Made by a program: the position numbers and the translations under genes. Below the pieces are notes generated by a model that saw nothing but the letters and a program-made list of their open reading frames with translations, did no database searches and was not told the DNA's origin. This document shows, one piece after another, positions 1 through 10,199 of a stretch of DNA of 64,000 nt (position 1 is its first letter; every line of letters begins with the position of its first letter). This stretch comes from Nitrospirota bacterium (GTDB taxonomy: Bacteria; Nitrospirota; UBA9217), in contig CAVVUN010000015.1 in NCBI GenBank assembly GCA_963751455.1, forward strand, positions 800,001 through 864,000, given 5' to 3'.

Positions 1-374
1 CGAGTGGTCCCTGTTCGAGGGAGGACTCACGCGCGGCGCAGGTTGGAAAGGCGCGGGCCCGATACCGGCAGACCGAGTGGAACGAACGCGCGGTGCGGGA
101 CCAGGTACAGGTGGATTTTAGACAGGCGCTTGGCGACCTGCGCACGGCCCTCGCATCAATCCGGTCTTCGAAACGGCTGGTCGAGGCGCAGGATGAAGCC
201 TACACGGCTGCAGTGGAATTTTATAAAAGGGGCAAATCCACATACATCGAGGTGTTGACTGCGGAGACCGAGCTGACCCGGGCAAGGGCTGGTTATGTGC
301 GCTCGGTCGGGGATTACCAGTCTGCGTCGGCACGGCTTGATCGGGTGATGGGGAAAAAGGCAACAAGTCAGTAG
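1..374 (+). CDS. TolC-family outer membrane efflux protein, 3' part (starts upstream of window; frameshift near 40)
   Basis: EWSLFEGGLTR in one frame joins AQVGKARARYRQ...YKRGKSTYIEVLTAETELTRARAGY...LDRVMG, a typical OEP C-terminus; sits upstream of MFP and ABC genes. Confidence 0.85.
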   Translation, partial: SGPCSREDSRAAQVGKARARYRQTEWNERAVRDQVQVDFRQALGDLRTALASIRSSKRLVEAQDEAYTAAVEFYKRGKSTYIEVLTAETELTRARAGYVRSVGDYQSASARLDRVMGKKATSQ

Positions 375-383
375 GAAAGGCCG

Positions 384-547
384 TCCGCAGATTTCGCAGA
401 TGGACGCAGATTTGAAGCCTCTGGCTTAATTCTCGTCAAGGGACGGCAGGGAACCATTCTATTCTTAGTTTGTTTCGCAGTGGGCCGCAATGTTGAAAAA
501 CCGTATTCATTTTTGATTTAATCTGTGAAATCTGCGTCATCTGCGGA
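384..547. repeat. Palindromic element, arms of 3 x ~9-bp CGCAGAT units
   Basis: Left arm TCCGCAGATTTCGCAGATGGACGCAGATTT (384-413); right arm AATCTGTGAAATCTGCGTCATCTGCGGA (520-547). Confidence 0.9.
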
Positions 548-592
548 TAATGCTGGTTTGAGTAGTTAATAACAAAAGCAGGGAGGCTAAAC

Positions 593-1670
593 GTGACAAA
601 AATGAAGAAGATCAGCATAGCCATTTCTTCGGCGACGGTCGTGCTCGTAATTATAGCGTTCGTTGCTTATTCAAGAGCAAGCATTAATAAATCGGAAAGC
701 GCATTTACGACGGCCGTCGTCGAAAAGCGGGACATGGGTTCCCTCGTCCAGGCAACCGGCATCATCAAACCCAAGGTCGGCGCCGAGGTAAAAGTCGGAG
801 CGCGGATGACCGGCAAGGTGGAGCATCTTTACGCCAATATCGGCGACAGGGTCAAAAAAGGCCAGGTGCTGGTGCGGCTCGAGCAGGACGATCTGAAGGC
901 CCGGGCGGACCAGGCTGAGGCAGCCTATCTGGAGGCAGCTGCCGCCTTCGACAAGGCGAAGATCGACCTGGAGCGGGACAAACCGCTTGCGGAGGAGGGG
1001 TATATTTCCCAGCAGAATATCGACGTGCTCCAAAACGTGCATGACATGGCGAAAGCAAGGGTATTGAAGGCCAAGGCCGAGCAGGATTACGCAAAAGCCC
1101 AGCTGTCGTATGCAACGATAACAGCGCCGATCAGCGGAACGATCGCGTCCGTTACGACCCAGCAGGGAGAGACCGTGGCCGCCGGGCTGAACGCGCCCAC
1201 ATTTATCACGATCATAGACCTGAACAAGCTCGAAGTGAACGCCTATGTCGACGAGACCGACGTGGGAAAGATCAGCGTGGCGCAGGAAGCGCTCTTCACG
1301 GTGGATACCTTCGCGGACAGGGATTTTAAGGGCAAGGTGACCGCCATCTATCCGCGGGCCGTGCTGCAGGAGAACGTGGTCAATTATATTACGCTGATCA
1401 GCATCGAAAACCCGGAAGGAAAGCTCAAGCCGGACATGACCGCGAACGTCACGATCACGCTCAAAAAGAAAAAGGGAGTGCTTGCGGTGCCATCAGCAGC
1501 AGTCAAACGAGAGGGCGGGAAGAAATACGTATTCCTTGCCGGCACAGGACGGCGCCACAACGCGGCGCGAAGTCAAAACCGGATGGAAGGAAGGCAACTA
1601 TCTCGAGATCACTTCCGGGCTGAAGGAAGGGGACATTGTGGCGATGAGCGAGGGGGGCGGGAAAAAATAA
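593..1670 (+). CDS. Efflux membrane-fusion (periplasmic adaptor) protein, MacA-like; frameshift near 1540
   Basis: N-terminal TM anchor, VGDRVKKGQVL and ITAPISGTI lipoyl motifs; C-terminus RREVKTG...LEITSGLKEGDIV lies in ORF 1482-1670. Confidence 0.9.
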
Positions 1671-1683
1671 GAGTCAAAAAACA

Positions 1684-1775
1684 TTTTGGACGCAGATAAC
1701 ATCGGAATAAGCGGATTAAGGTTCAGATAGAAGAAATTAATCTGCGATCAATCCGCGTAAATCCGCGTCCTAAAA
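1684..1775. repeat. Palindromic element, ~10-bp CGCGGAT-type units
   Basis: TTTTGGACGCAGATAACATCGGAATAAGCGGATT ... AATCTGCGATCAATCCGCGTAAATCCGCGTCCTAAAA. Confidence 0.8.
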
Positions 1776-1795
1776 ATCTTTACAGAGGAGGAACA

Positions 1796-2478
1796 ATGAT
1801 CGAGTTGAAGGACATTACCAAGACGTACCGAAAGAACGGCGGCATGGAAGTGAAGGTTCTGCAGGGCGTTTCACTCAAGATCGAGAAGGGCGAGTACGTG
1901 GCCATCATGGCGCCGTCGGGCATGGGAAAGAGCACGCTCATGAACATCATCGGCTGCCTGGACCGGCCGAGTACGGGCGAGTATCGTCTCGACGGCATAG
2001 AAGTGGACAAAATGGACGACGACAACCTTTCTTCGGTCCGGAACAAGAAGATCGGGTTCGTATTCCAGTCAGTTTCATCTGCTGCCGAGGACAACAGCGC
2101 TCGAGAACGTCCAGCTCCCGCTGATCTACAGCACGCGACGAATCGGACATGAACGCGCTCGCCGTCGACGGCACTCAAGGAAGTGGGGCTCGGCGACCGG
2201 ATGAACCATGTGCCGAGCGAGCTTTCCGGCGGACAGCAGCAGCGCGTGGCCATTGCGCGCTCCCTCGTGAACGACCCCAGCATTCTGCTTGCCGACGAAC
2301 CGACCGGAAACCTGGATACGGCAGCCAGCACCGAGGTCATGTCGATATTCGACAAGCTCCATAAAGAGGGCAGGACCATCGTCATGGTCACGCATTCCGA
2401 CGAGATCGCCCGGCGGGCAAGCCGGATCATCAGGATGCGCGACGGCAGGATCGTGAGCGACGAAAGGAGGGCCGCATA

Positions 2479-2479
<1 letters not shown>
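1796..2479 (+). CDS. ABC transporter ATP-binding protein (MacB/LolD family); frameshifted ~2070-2170
   Basis: Walker [10 protein letters not shown], signature [25 protein letters not shown], split across ORFs 1796-2152 and 2183-2479. Confidence 0.92.
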
Positions 2480-3701
<1,222 letters not shown>

Positions 3702-3747
3702 AGCGGGATTAACCACAGAGGATGCAGAGAAAAACTGAAATAATATA

Positions 3748-3838
3748 TGGACACGGATAAAAGCTGAAGAAACGGATGGATGAAGAATCTGACAAACAAG
3801 CTTGGTTGATCCGATTTTTCCGTGTAAATCTGTGTCCA
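3748..3838. repeat. Palindromic element, ~10-bp CACGGAT-type units; solo ACCACAGAG-type arm at 3711-3730
   Basis: TGGACACGGATAAAAGCTGAAGAAACGGAT ... ATCCGATTTTTCCGTGTAAATCTGTGTCCA. Confidence 0.8.
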
Positions 3839-3847
3839 ATAATTTTT

Positions 3848-5070
3848 ATGAAACTACTCAAAGGAACAAAGATCGCCCTCAAGACCCTCGGCGCGCACAA
3901 GATGCGGACCGCGCTGGCCGTGATCGGCATCGTGATCGGTGTTTCGGCCGTCATTCTGATGGTTGCCATCGGCAGGGGAGCGCAGGAGGCGGTCCTGAAG
4001 AAGATCCAGGGACTCGGGACGAACCTGATCATCGTCACTGCGGGCAAAGTGCGCGTTATCGCGGGCAGGCCGAGGCAGACGGGCAATACCACGACGCCTT
4101 ACCGTCCGGGATGCCGAAGCGCTCGCCTCCGAATCCTGCGCAATTGCAGCAGCCGCGCCGTTTCAGGGCAAGAAATTTCTCGTCAAATACGGCGAAGCGA
4201 GCACTAACACGATGGTCTCGGGCACCACTCCTGATTTTCCCGACATCCGGAATTTTCGGCCCGGCACAGGACGATTCTTTACTGAAGATGAGGTCAAGGC
4301 TTCCATGCGGGTTGCCGTGGTCGGCAAGACAGTAGTGAACAACCTGTTCGAAGGGCAAGCGCCGCTCGGCGAAACGATCCGGATCAATAACGTGCCCTTC
4401 GAGATCATCGGCGTCCTTGAGGAAAAAGGCGTGAATGCCATCGGCCAGGATGACGACGATCAGATCCTCATTCCGATCACGACTGTCATGCGCAGGCTTA
4501 TGAACGTCATTTACGTGAACAATATCTATGTTGCTGCCCGTGATGTATCGCTCATGGACAAGGCGGTGAGCGATATCGGCTCGATCCTCCGGGAGCGGCA
4601 CCATCTGAAACCGGGCAAGGAAGACGACTTCAGCATCCAGAACCAGATGGACATCCTGCGCGCCGAGCAGGAGACATCGGAAACGTTTACCATGCTTCTG
4701 GGCGGCATCGCGGCGGTTTCGCTTCTGGTCGGCGGCGTGGGCATCCTCGCCATCATGCTGATATCCATAAAGGAGCGCATCAAAGAGATCGGGCTTCGCC
4801 GCGCGCTCGGTGCGCGCAAGAAGGATGTGCTGCTCCAGTTCCTCATGGAAGCGCTCGTTCTGAGCATTGCGGGAGGCATCACTGGGCGCTGTACTCGGCG
4901 TTATTGGGTCGTTCATCGTCGGCTGGACCACGGAACTGCCCACGAGCGTATCCATTCTTTCCGTCGTTATCGCGTTCCTCTTCTCAGCAGGCATAGGCTT
5001 GTTCTTCGGTATATATCCGGCTAAAAAGGCTGCCGAATTCGATCCGATTCATGCATTGAGGTCTGAATAA
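3848..5070 (+). CDS. ABC permease (MacB/FtsX family) 2; several frameshifts
   Basis: HKMRTALAVIGIVIG; LLVGGVGILAIMLISIKERIKEIGLRRALGA; GIYPAKKAAEFDPIHALRSE, spread over ORFs 3776, 4212 and 4867. Confidence 0.9.
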
Positions 5071-5153
5071 ATCATCAGCGACCGATTGCGAAGCACTTTT
5101 GTCGCCAACAGTAGTAGAACCATGTTTTATTTAAGCGAGATTTCTGCGGGGCG

Positions 5154-5201
5154 TTGACAGTCTCTCCGCGGTATGCTATGCATATAATGTGCATATGCAC
5201 A
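5154..5201 (+). promoter_or_regulatory. Sigma70-type promoter with palindromic operator TGTGCATATGCACA
   Basis: TTGACA (5154-5159), 17 bp spacer ending TGC, then TATGCA; perfect 14-bp palindrome at 5188-5201; same layout at 6355-6400. Confidence 0.75.
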
Positions 5202-5297
5202 GTCAGAACGATCAAGCATGGGTTCATGTATCGAAGGCACGACTAATTCGAACAGTAACAACGTACGGGCCGCTATGACCCGGCTAAGGAGGACGCC

Positions 5298-5753
5298 ATG
5301 AAGAGAATAAAAAAGATTTTGCTTGGAGTTATCGGAACCATACTATTTGTATCATCAGCCTCTCTTGCAGGTCCAGGACAGGGGGATCAAGGAAGCGGTG
5401 GATGGGGCATGGGGTCGCAGTACCAGAGGATGTTCAATCCAGCTGCCGTTGAGACAGTGTCCGGCACCGTGGAATCAGTTGATAAAATGACGCCGATGGG
5501 GGGGATGTCTTACGGCGTTCACCTTATGCTAAACACCGGCCAGGATGCAGTAGATATCCACCTCGGACCGGGGTGGTTTCTTGATAGACAGGATACCAGG
5601 ATCGAGAAAGGCGACAAAATCGACGTGAAAGGTTCGCGGGTAACGGTCGGCGGCAAACCTGCAATCATCGCACAAGAAGTCAAAAAAGGCGATCAGGTGC
5701 TCGTTCTCAGGGACAACAACGGCGTTCCTGCGTGGGCAGGATGGAGAAGATAA
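5298..5753 (+). CDS. Exported OB-fold protein (MamS/MamX-like domain)
   Basis: Signal peptide; NPAAVETVSGTV...GVHL...IHLGPGWFL...GDKIDVKGSRV...LRDNNGVPAW; RBS AAGGAGG. Confidence 0.7.
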   Translation: MKRIKKILLGVIGTILFVSSASLAGPGQGDQGSGGWGMGSQYQRMFNPAAVETVSGTVESVDKMTPMGGMSYGVHLMLNTGQDAVDIHLGPGWFLDRQDTRIEKGDKIDVKGSRVTVGGKPAIIAQEVKKGDQVLVLRDNNGVPAWAGWRR

Positions 5754-5806
5754 GAATTAAATAGCCCGTTTCGATCAGGGGCGGGCTTATTAGATAAAAG
5801 AGAAAA

Positions 5807-6319
5807 ATGATCGAGGAGGATATCGTGTCTGAGAAGGAAAAGGAAAACCTTGAAGAAGCTTTAACAGGATATAAACAAAAAATAAACCATGTATCCAAAG
5901 CGACCTTGTCATGGGACAAGGATCTTATATTCGTAGGCAGAACCCAGGAAGGATATGAGATTGAATTCGATGCACATGTGCAGTGGGGATGCAAGCCTAC
6001 AGATGCTCTTCTTTTAAGCCTTGCAGGCTGCATGGGAATCGATGTGGTCATGTTCCTGCAGAAAATGAAGATCGATTTGGAAAGCTTCACAGTGGATATG
6101 ATCGGAGAGCGCAATACAACTCCGCCGCAATACTTTAAAACCGTGGATATCGTGCTGCATCTTAAAGGAAAAAATCTGAACCCGAAAAAAGTCGCTCGTG
6201 CGGTTTCACTGTCACATGAAAAATATTGCTCCGTTTACAACTCGCTGAGAAAAGACATGGATGTAAAAGTCACCTACAACATCACCGAAACAGGACAAGC
6301 CTGCCCAGTCATTCAATAA
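5807..6319 (+). CDS. OsmC/Ohr-family (YhfA-like) protein
   Basis: PTDALLLSLAGCMGIDV and LSHEKYCSV conserved Cys motifs. Confidence 0.88.
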   Translation: MIEEDIVSEKEKENLEEALTGYKQKINHVSKATLSWDKDLIFVGRTQEGYEIEFDAHVQWGCKPTDALLLSLAGCMGIDVVMFLQKMKIDLESFTVDMIGERNTTPPQYFKTVDIVLHLKGKNLNPKKVARAVSLSHEKYCSVYNSLRKDMDVKVTYNITETGQACPVIQ

Positions 6320-6354
6320 GAGATGCGGAAGAAAAAGGAGGAGAAAAAGTTATG

Positions 6355-6400
6355 TTGACAAGATCGCTGATGTCTGCTATTGTTCTGTGCATATGCACAG
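6355..6400 (+). promoter_or_regulatory. Sigma70-type promoter with palindromic operator CTGTGCATATGCACAG
   Basis: TTGACA (6355-6360), 17 bp spacer ending TGC, TATTGT, then 16-bp perfect palindrome at 6385-6400 directly upstream of the DUF134 gene. Confidence 0.78.
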
Positions 6401-6417
6401 TATAAAGGAAGGGCCGC

Positions 6418-6693
6418 ATGTCTCCGCGTTGTAAAAAACCCAGGAATTGCCAATGCAAGTTCAAGGGAAAAGCCTTCAAGCCGACGGGGATACCGATATG
6501 CGACATCAAACAGATCACCTTGTCCCGCGATGAGCTGGAAACCCTGAAGCTTTGCGATTTCGATGACTTGACACAGGAAGAGGCCGGTTCGAGAATGGGC
6601 GTGTCGCGGGGAACGATTCAGCGTACACTTTCCGCGGCCAGGAAAAAGGTTGCCCAGGCGCTTACTCAAGGAGGGGCAATTGTATTTGAGTAG
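6418..6693 (+). CDS. DUF134 family predicted DNA-binding protein
   Basis: PR.K.R.C...FKPTGIP...DELETLKLCD..DLTQEEAG.RMGVSRGTIQR.L.SARKK. Confidence 0.9.
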   Translation: MSPRCKKPRNCQCKFKGKAFKPTGIPICDIKQITLSRDELETLKLCDFDDLTQEEAGSRMGVSRGTIQRTLSAARKKVAQALTQGGAIVFE

Positions 6694-6722
6694 CTAACTT
6701 TAATTGGGGAGGAATATACGAC

Positions 6723-7103
6723 ATGAAGATCTGTTTTCCCGTACAAAAAGACGAAGGACTTTCCAGCACGGTTTATAATCATTTCGGATCCGCACCGGTA
6801 TTTCTCATATTGGACACGACGACTAACAGTATTTCGCCTCTTAACAATCGGGACCAAAATCATGTGCACGGCGCCTGCAACCCCATAAAAGCACTCGATA
6901 ATCAGAAAGTGGACGCGGTCGTAGTCGGCGGTATCGGAGCAGGCGCTTTGAACAAGCTCAATCAGATGGGAATCAAGGTGCATCGCGCTCAGGCCGGGAA
7001 AATCGTTGAAAACGTTTCACTGTTGAATGCCGGCAGTCTTCCTGAGCTGACACTCAACGAATGTTGCGGCGGCCATAGTAAGGGCGGAGGATGCGCACAC
7101 TAA
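6723..7103 (+). CDS. NifB/NifX-family (FeMo-cofactor-binding domain, MTH1175-like) protein
   Basis: HFGSAPVF, VDAVVVGGIGAGA, Cys/His-rich tail ECCGGHSKGGGCAH. Confidence 0.88.
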   Translation: MKICFPVQKDEGLSSTVYNHFGSAPVFLILDTTTNSISPLNNRDQNHVHGACNPIKALDNQKVDAVVVGGIGAGALNKLNQMGIKVHRAQAGKIVENVSLLNAGSLPELTLNECCGGHSKGGGCAH

Positions 7104-7160
7104 AGAAACTTCGTCCGAGAAAAGGATTGAAGAAGGATATTATCTTGCAAGGAGCCATGT

Positions 7161-7529
7161 ATGGAAAACAAAGAATTTGTTTTTATAATAACCCATTCCT
7201 ATGACGCGATAGAGCGCGCGGCGGCGGCGCTCCAGCTCGCAACAAATATGACAGCCTTCGATGCTAAAATAGATTTCTTTTTAATGAACGAGGGTGTGCA
7301 TCTTGCCCGCAAGGGGTTCGCGGAATCCGTCACATGGCAAAAGGGATTTTCTCCGGTGGCCGAACTCGTGAAAAGTCTCACTGAGGATTTCGACTGCAAA
7401 TTCTACGTGTGCGCATCCTGTGTCAAGCCCTATGGGCTTGAAGGCGTGGAATGGATAAAGAATGCGGAGGTCAAGCCGGGATCATACCTCGGAGAGCTCT
7501 TGATGACGCGGCAGAACGTGACGTTCTGA
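7161..7529 (+). CDS. DsrE/DsrF-like sulfur-relay family protein
   Basis: FFLMNEGVHLA and FYVCASC motifs; 122 aa. Confidence 0.82.
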   Translation: MENKEFVFIITHSYDAIERAAAALQLATNMTAFDAKIDFFLMNEGVHLARKGFAESVTWQKGFSPVAELVKSLTEDFDCKFYVCASCVKPYGLEGVEWIKNAEVKPGSYLGELLMTRQNVTF

Positions 7530-7614
7530 CCGCCGTGTTGAGAGGACTTAGTACCGAACGAAGAAAAATAAGGCGCACGGAATCAATTAAGCAGCGAAAG
7601 AGAGAGCGGGTTGC

Positions 7615-7965
7615 ATGAAAGATAATATCTTTGACTTCCAATCAGAAGTTTGTAAGGCGTTCGCCAGTCCCCGAAGACTTCAAATTCTCAATCTGGTTAA
7701 AACAAATGAGCAGGCAGTTGGAGATATTGCCAATGCAATGGGGATATCAAAGGCAAACGTCTCTCAACACCTCGCTATAATGCGGATTCGAGGTCTTTTG
7801 AAAACAAGAAGAGTCGGAACCGTGGTCTACTACCGGATAGCAAATGAAAAACTTGCGCATGCGTGCAATTTAATGCAGGATGCTCTCGGTCAAATTATGG
7901 AAAGCGATCTGGAACGACGGAAAGAACACGAAAAGCAAAGGAAAGAATACAGTATTCAACTGTAG
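7615..7965 (+). CDS. ArsR/SmtB-family transcriptional regulator
   Basis: KAFASPRRLQIL...VGDIA...SKANVSQHLA.MR..GLL.TRRVG..VYY. Confidence 0.92.
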   Translation: MKDNIFDFQSEVCKAFASPRRLQILNLVKTNEQAVGDIANAMGISKANVSQHLAIMRIRGLLKTRRVGTVVYYRIANEKLAHACNLMQDALGQIMESDLERRKEHEKQRKEYSIQL

Positions 7966-8028
7966 GCCTGCATAGTAATTGCCGCAGTTAAAGCGGTCTG
8001 CAACTCACTCAAAAAACAATTACAAAAA

Positions 8029-8196
8029 GTAACTACCCAGGTCATTTTTTTAGCCGCAGATTACGCAGATTTCGCAGATAAAAACAAAACCAGAATTCCG
8101 GTTTTAGAATCTGCGTCAATCTGCGAAATCTGCGTATAGAAGGGCTTTTTCTTAGATTTGTCTTAATGCTGTTCTGAAAAGAAGCTGAATAGTTAC
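8029..8196. mobile_element. 168-bp MITE with GTAA termini and 8-bp target duplication (IS66-like ends)
   Basis: Ends GTAACTACCCAG / CTGAATAGTTAC; direct repeat TACAAAAA at 8021-8028 and 8197-8204; inverted homolog at 19765-19921; internal CGCAGAT-unit palindrome. Confidence 0.85.
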
Positions 8197-8447
8197 TACA
8201 AAAAAAACATATTGCTATGTGTATGTGCCGCCGTGGTGCTGAAAATGAGATAATGACGCCGCACCATTCATTGTGCGTTCCCTCCTGACCTTTCTGTTAT
8301 ATTTAATACCATCAAGAAGTCCGAACGACCGGCTGCGACCATAGAACTAAAAATATTGCCTGCCGTTCTCTTGCAGAACCCCCTGCAGCTAAATTACTAA
8401 AAAAACTCGCTTCCATACGGCCGCCAGGGGAACAGGAGCGGACCACC

Positions 8448-10199
8448 ATGGCGAAACGCTGCTGTTTACTGATTATTGCGCTCCTGCTCAGCGGCAGACC
8501 GTTGTCAGCAGCGGAACCGGTGGAGATAATTGTGGACGGTGCCGAAGGAGATGCGCTTGCCAACATTCGCGCGGCGCTCACCCTCCCGTACGGCCTGGTT
8601 CAAAACAATGTCGTGAACGAGTTATGGATAGAACGGTTCAGTAAGCAGGCGCCGGACAGGGTTCGCAGGGCGCTTGAGCCGTTCGGCTATTACCATGCCG
8701 AGGTGCACACCAGCCTTATGAAGGTCGATGCGAACAGGTATCGTTTGTTCGTGAACGTGCTGCGCGGAGAACCTGTCCGCATTGTTGAAGTGACCGCTGT
8801 TCTAGAGGGTCCGGGCGCAGCCGAGCCTCTCTTAAAGTCGTGGATCGATCGCTTCCCGCTCCGCAAGGGTGATCCTCTTCTCCAAAAAAAATATGAAGAG
8901 ACCAAGGCGTCTCTCAAGTCCACGGCCGTGAATCTCGGGTATCTCGATGCGGAATTCCCGGTTCACGATATCCGTGTCGATCTCGAACAATTGACTGCCC
9001 GTATCGATTTGCGTCTGAAAACCGGACCGCGATACCGGTTCGGTGACGTCCGGTTCGAGGGAGCCGGCAAGTATCCCGAGGGGTTTCTCTTTCGGTTCAT
9101 CGCCTTTCACCGCGGTGATATATTTTCCTATTCGAAACTTGGAGAAACGCAGCTCAATCTCATAAACTCAGACCGGTTCAGCGAAGTTATTCTCATTCCG
9201 GAAAAGAACGAGGCGCGCGACGATCATGTGCCGGTGCTTATCACGGTAAAGGAAAAGCCTACCAAGCGTCTCCGGCCGGGGATCGGCTACGCGACCGACA
9301 CGGGGCCGAGATTTTCGCTCAATTACCGGGACTTGGACGCTTTCGAACGGGGCCAGGAATTTCATTCTGAACTCAGCCTTTCTCACCGTCTTAAGAACAT
9401 CGGCGCGGGCTACATTTTTCCCGCAGCCCGTGACATCAACAGCTTTTCGGCGATCCGGGCGTATATCGTTAGGGAAGACCTGAGCACTCATGTTATCCAG
9501 TCCGAAACCCTGGAAGTAGACAGAACCCGAAGTCTCGGGAAGGGCCGGCAAGGGACCGTATATACCAGGCTCATCAGGGAGGACTCTTCTGTCGCTGACG
9601 TCGGCACACTCTCGCGCCTGTTGATGCCCGGCGCGCGCTTTTCGGAACGGCGCTATGACAGTCTCATCCGGCCCGTTAAAGGCCACTCCTTCTCGCTCGA
9701 CCTGCATGGCACGCACGAGGCGCTCGGATCGGACACGCATTTCGTTCAGTTGGCGACCGAAGGGCACCTCCTGGCGCCCGTTGCAGGCCGCCTGTCGGTT
9801 CTGGCCAGGGTGACTGCGGGAGTAACGTTGCAGAACGCGGCCTTCGCAGAGCTTCCCGCTTCACTGCGGTTTTTTGCAGGCGGTGACCGCAGCGTCCGCG
9901 GTTATGCATACCAGTCCCTTGGGCCCGCGAACGAGGCTGGCGCTGTAACAGGCGGAAGAAATCTCCTTGCCGCAAGCGTCGAACTCGACCAGGGCTTTTC
10001 GCAGAACTGGGCGACAGCGGTTTTTTATGACGCCGGCAATGCCTTTAATTCGTTCTCCAGTTTTGATCTGTTTTCCGGCGCCGGCATAGGCTTACGGTAC
10101 TATACGGCGGTCGGCGCAATCCGGATCGACATCGCCAGGCAGCTCCGTGTAGAAAATCCGAAGTATCGCCTGCACATAACGATGGGAGTTGAATTTTGA
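8448..10199 (+). CDS. tamA: Translocation and assembly module outer membrane protein TamA
   Basis: Signal peptide, POTRA domains (ALEPFGYY), RFFAGGDRSVRGY, C-terminal Phe; followed by tamB. Confidence 0.92.
   Translation: MAKRCCLLIIALLLSGRPLSAAEPVEIIVDGAEGDALANIRAALTLPYGLVQNNVVNELWIERFSKQAPDRVRRALEPFGYYHAEVHTSLMKVDANRYRLFVNVLRGEPVRIVEVTAVLEGPGAAEPLLKSWIDRFPLRKGDPLLQKKYEETKASLKSTAVNLGYLDAEFPVHDIRVDLEQLTARIDLRLKTGPRYRFGDVRFEGAGKYPEGFLFRFIAFHRGDIFSYSKLGETQLNLINSDRFSEVILIPEKNEARDDHVPVLITVKEKPTKRLRPGIGYATDTGPRFSLNYRDLDAFERGQEFHSELSLSHRLKNIGAGYIFPAARDINSFSAIRAYIVREDLSTHVIQSETLEVDRTRSLGKGRQGTVYTRLIREDSSVADVGTLSRLLMPGARFSERRYDSLIRPVKGHSFSLDLHGTHEALGSDTHFVQLATEGHLLAPVAGRLSVLARVTAGVTLQNAAFAELPASLRFFAGGDRSVRGYAYQSLGPANEAGAVTGGRNLLAASVELDQGFSQNWATAVFYDAGNAFNSFSSFDLFSGAGIGLRYYTAVGAIRIDIARQLRVENPKYRLHITMGVEF

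Noticed and set aside
5298-5753. Magnetosome island
   Set aside because: Only a MamS/MamX-like OB fold without heme motifs; no other mam genes in the window.
6723-7103. Nitrogen fixation genes (NifX-like and NifS-like)
   Set aside because: Both families are widespread outside diazotrophs; no nifHDK here.
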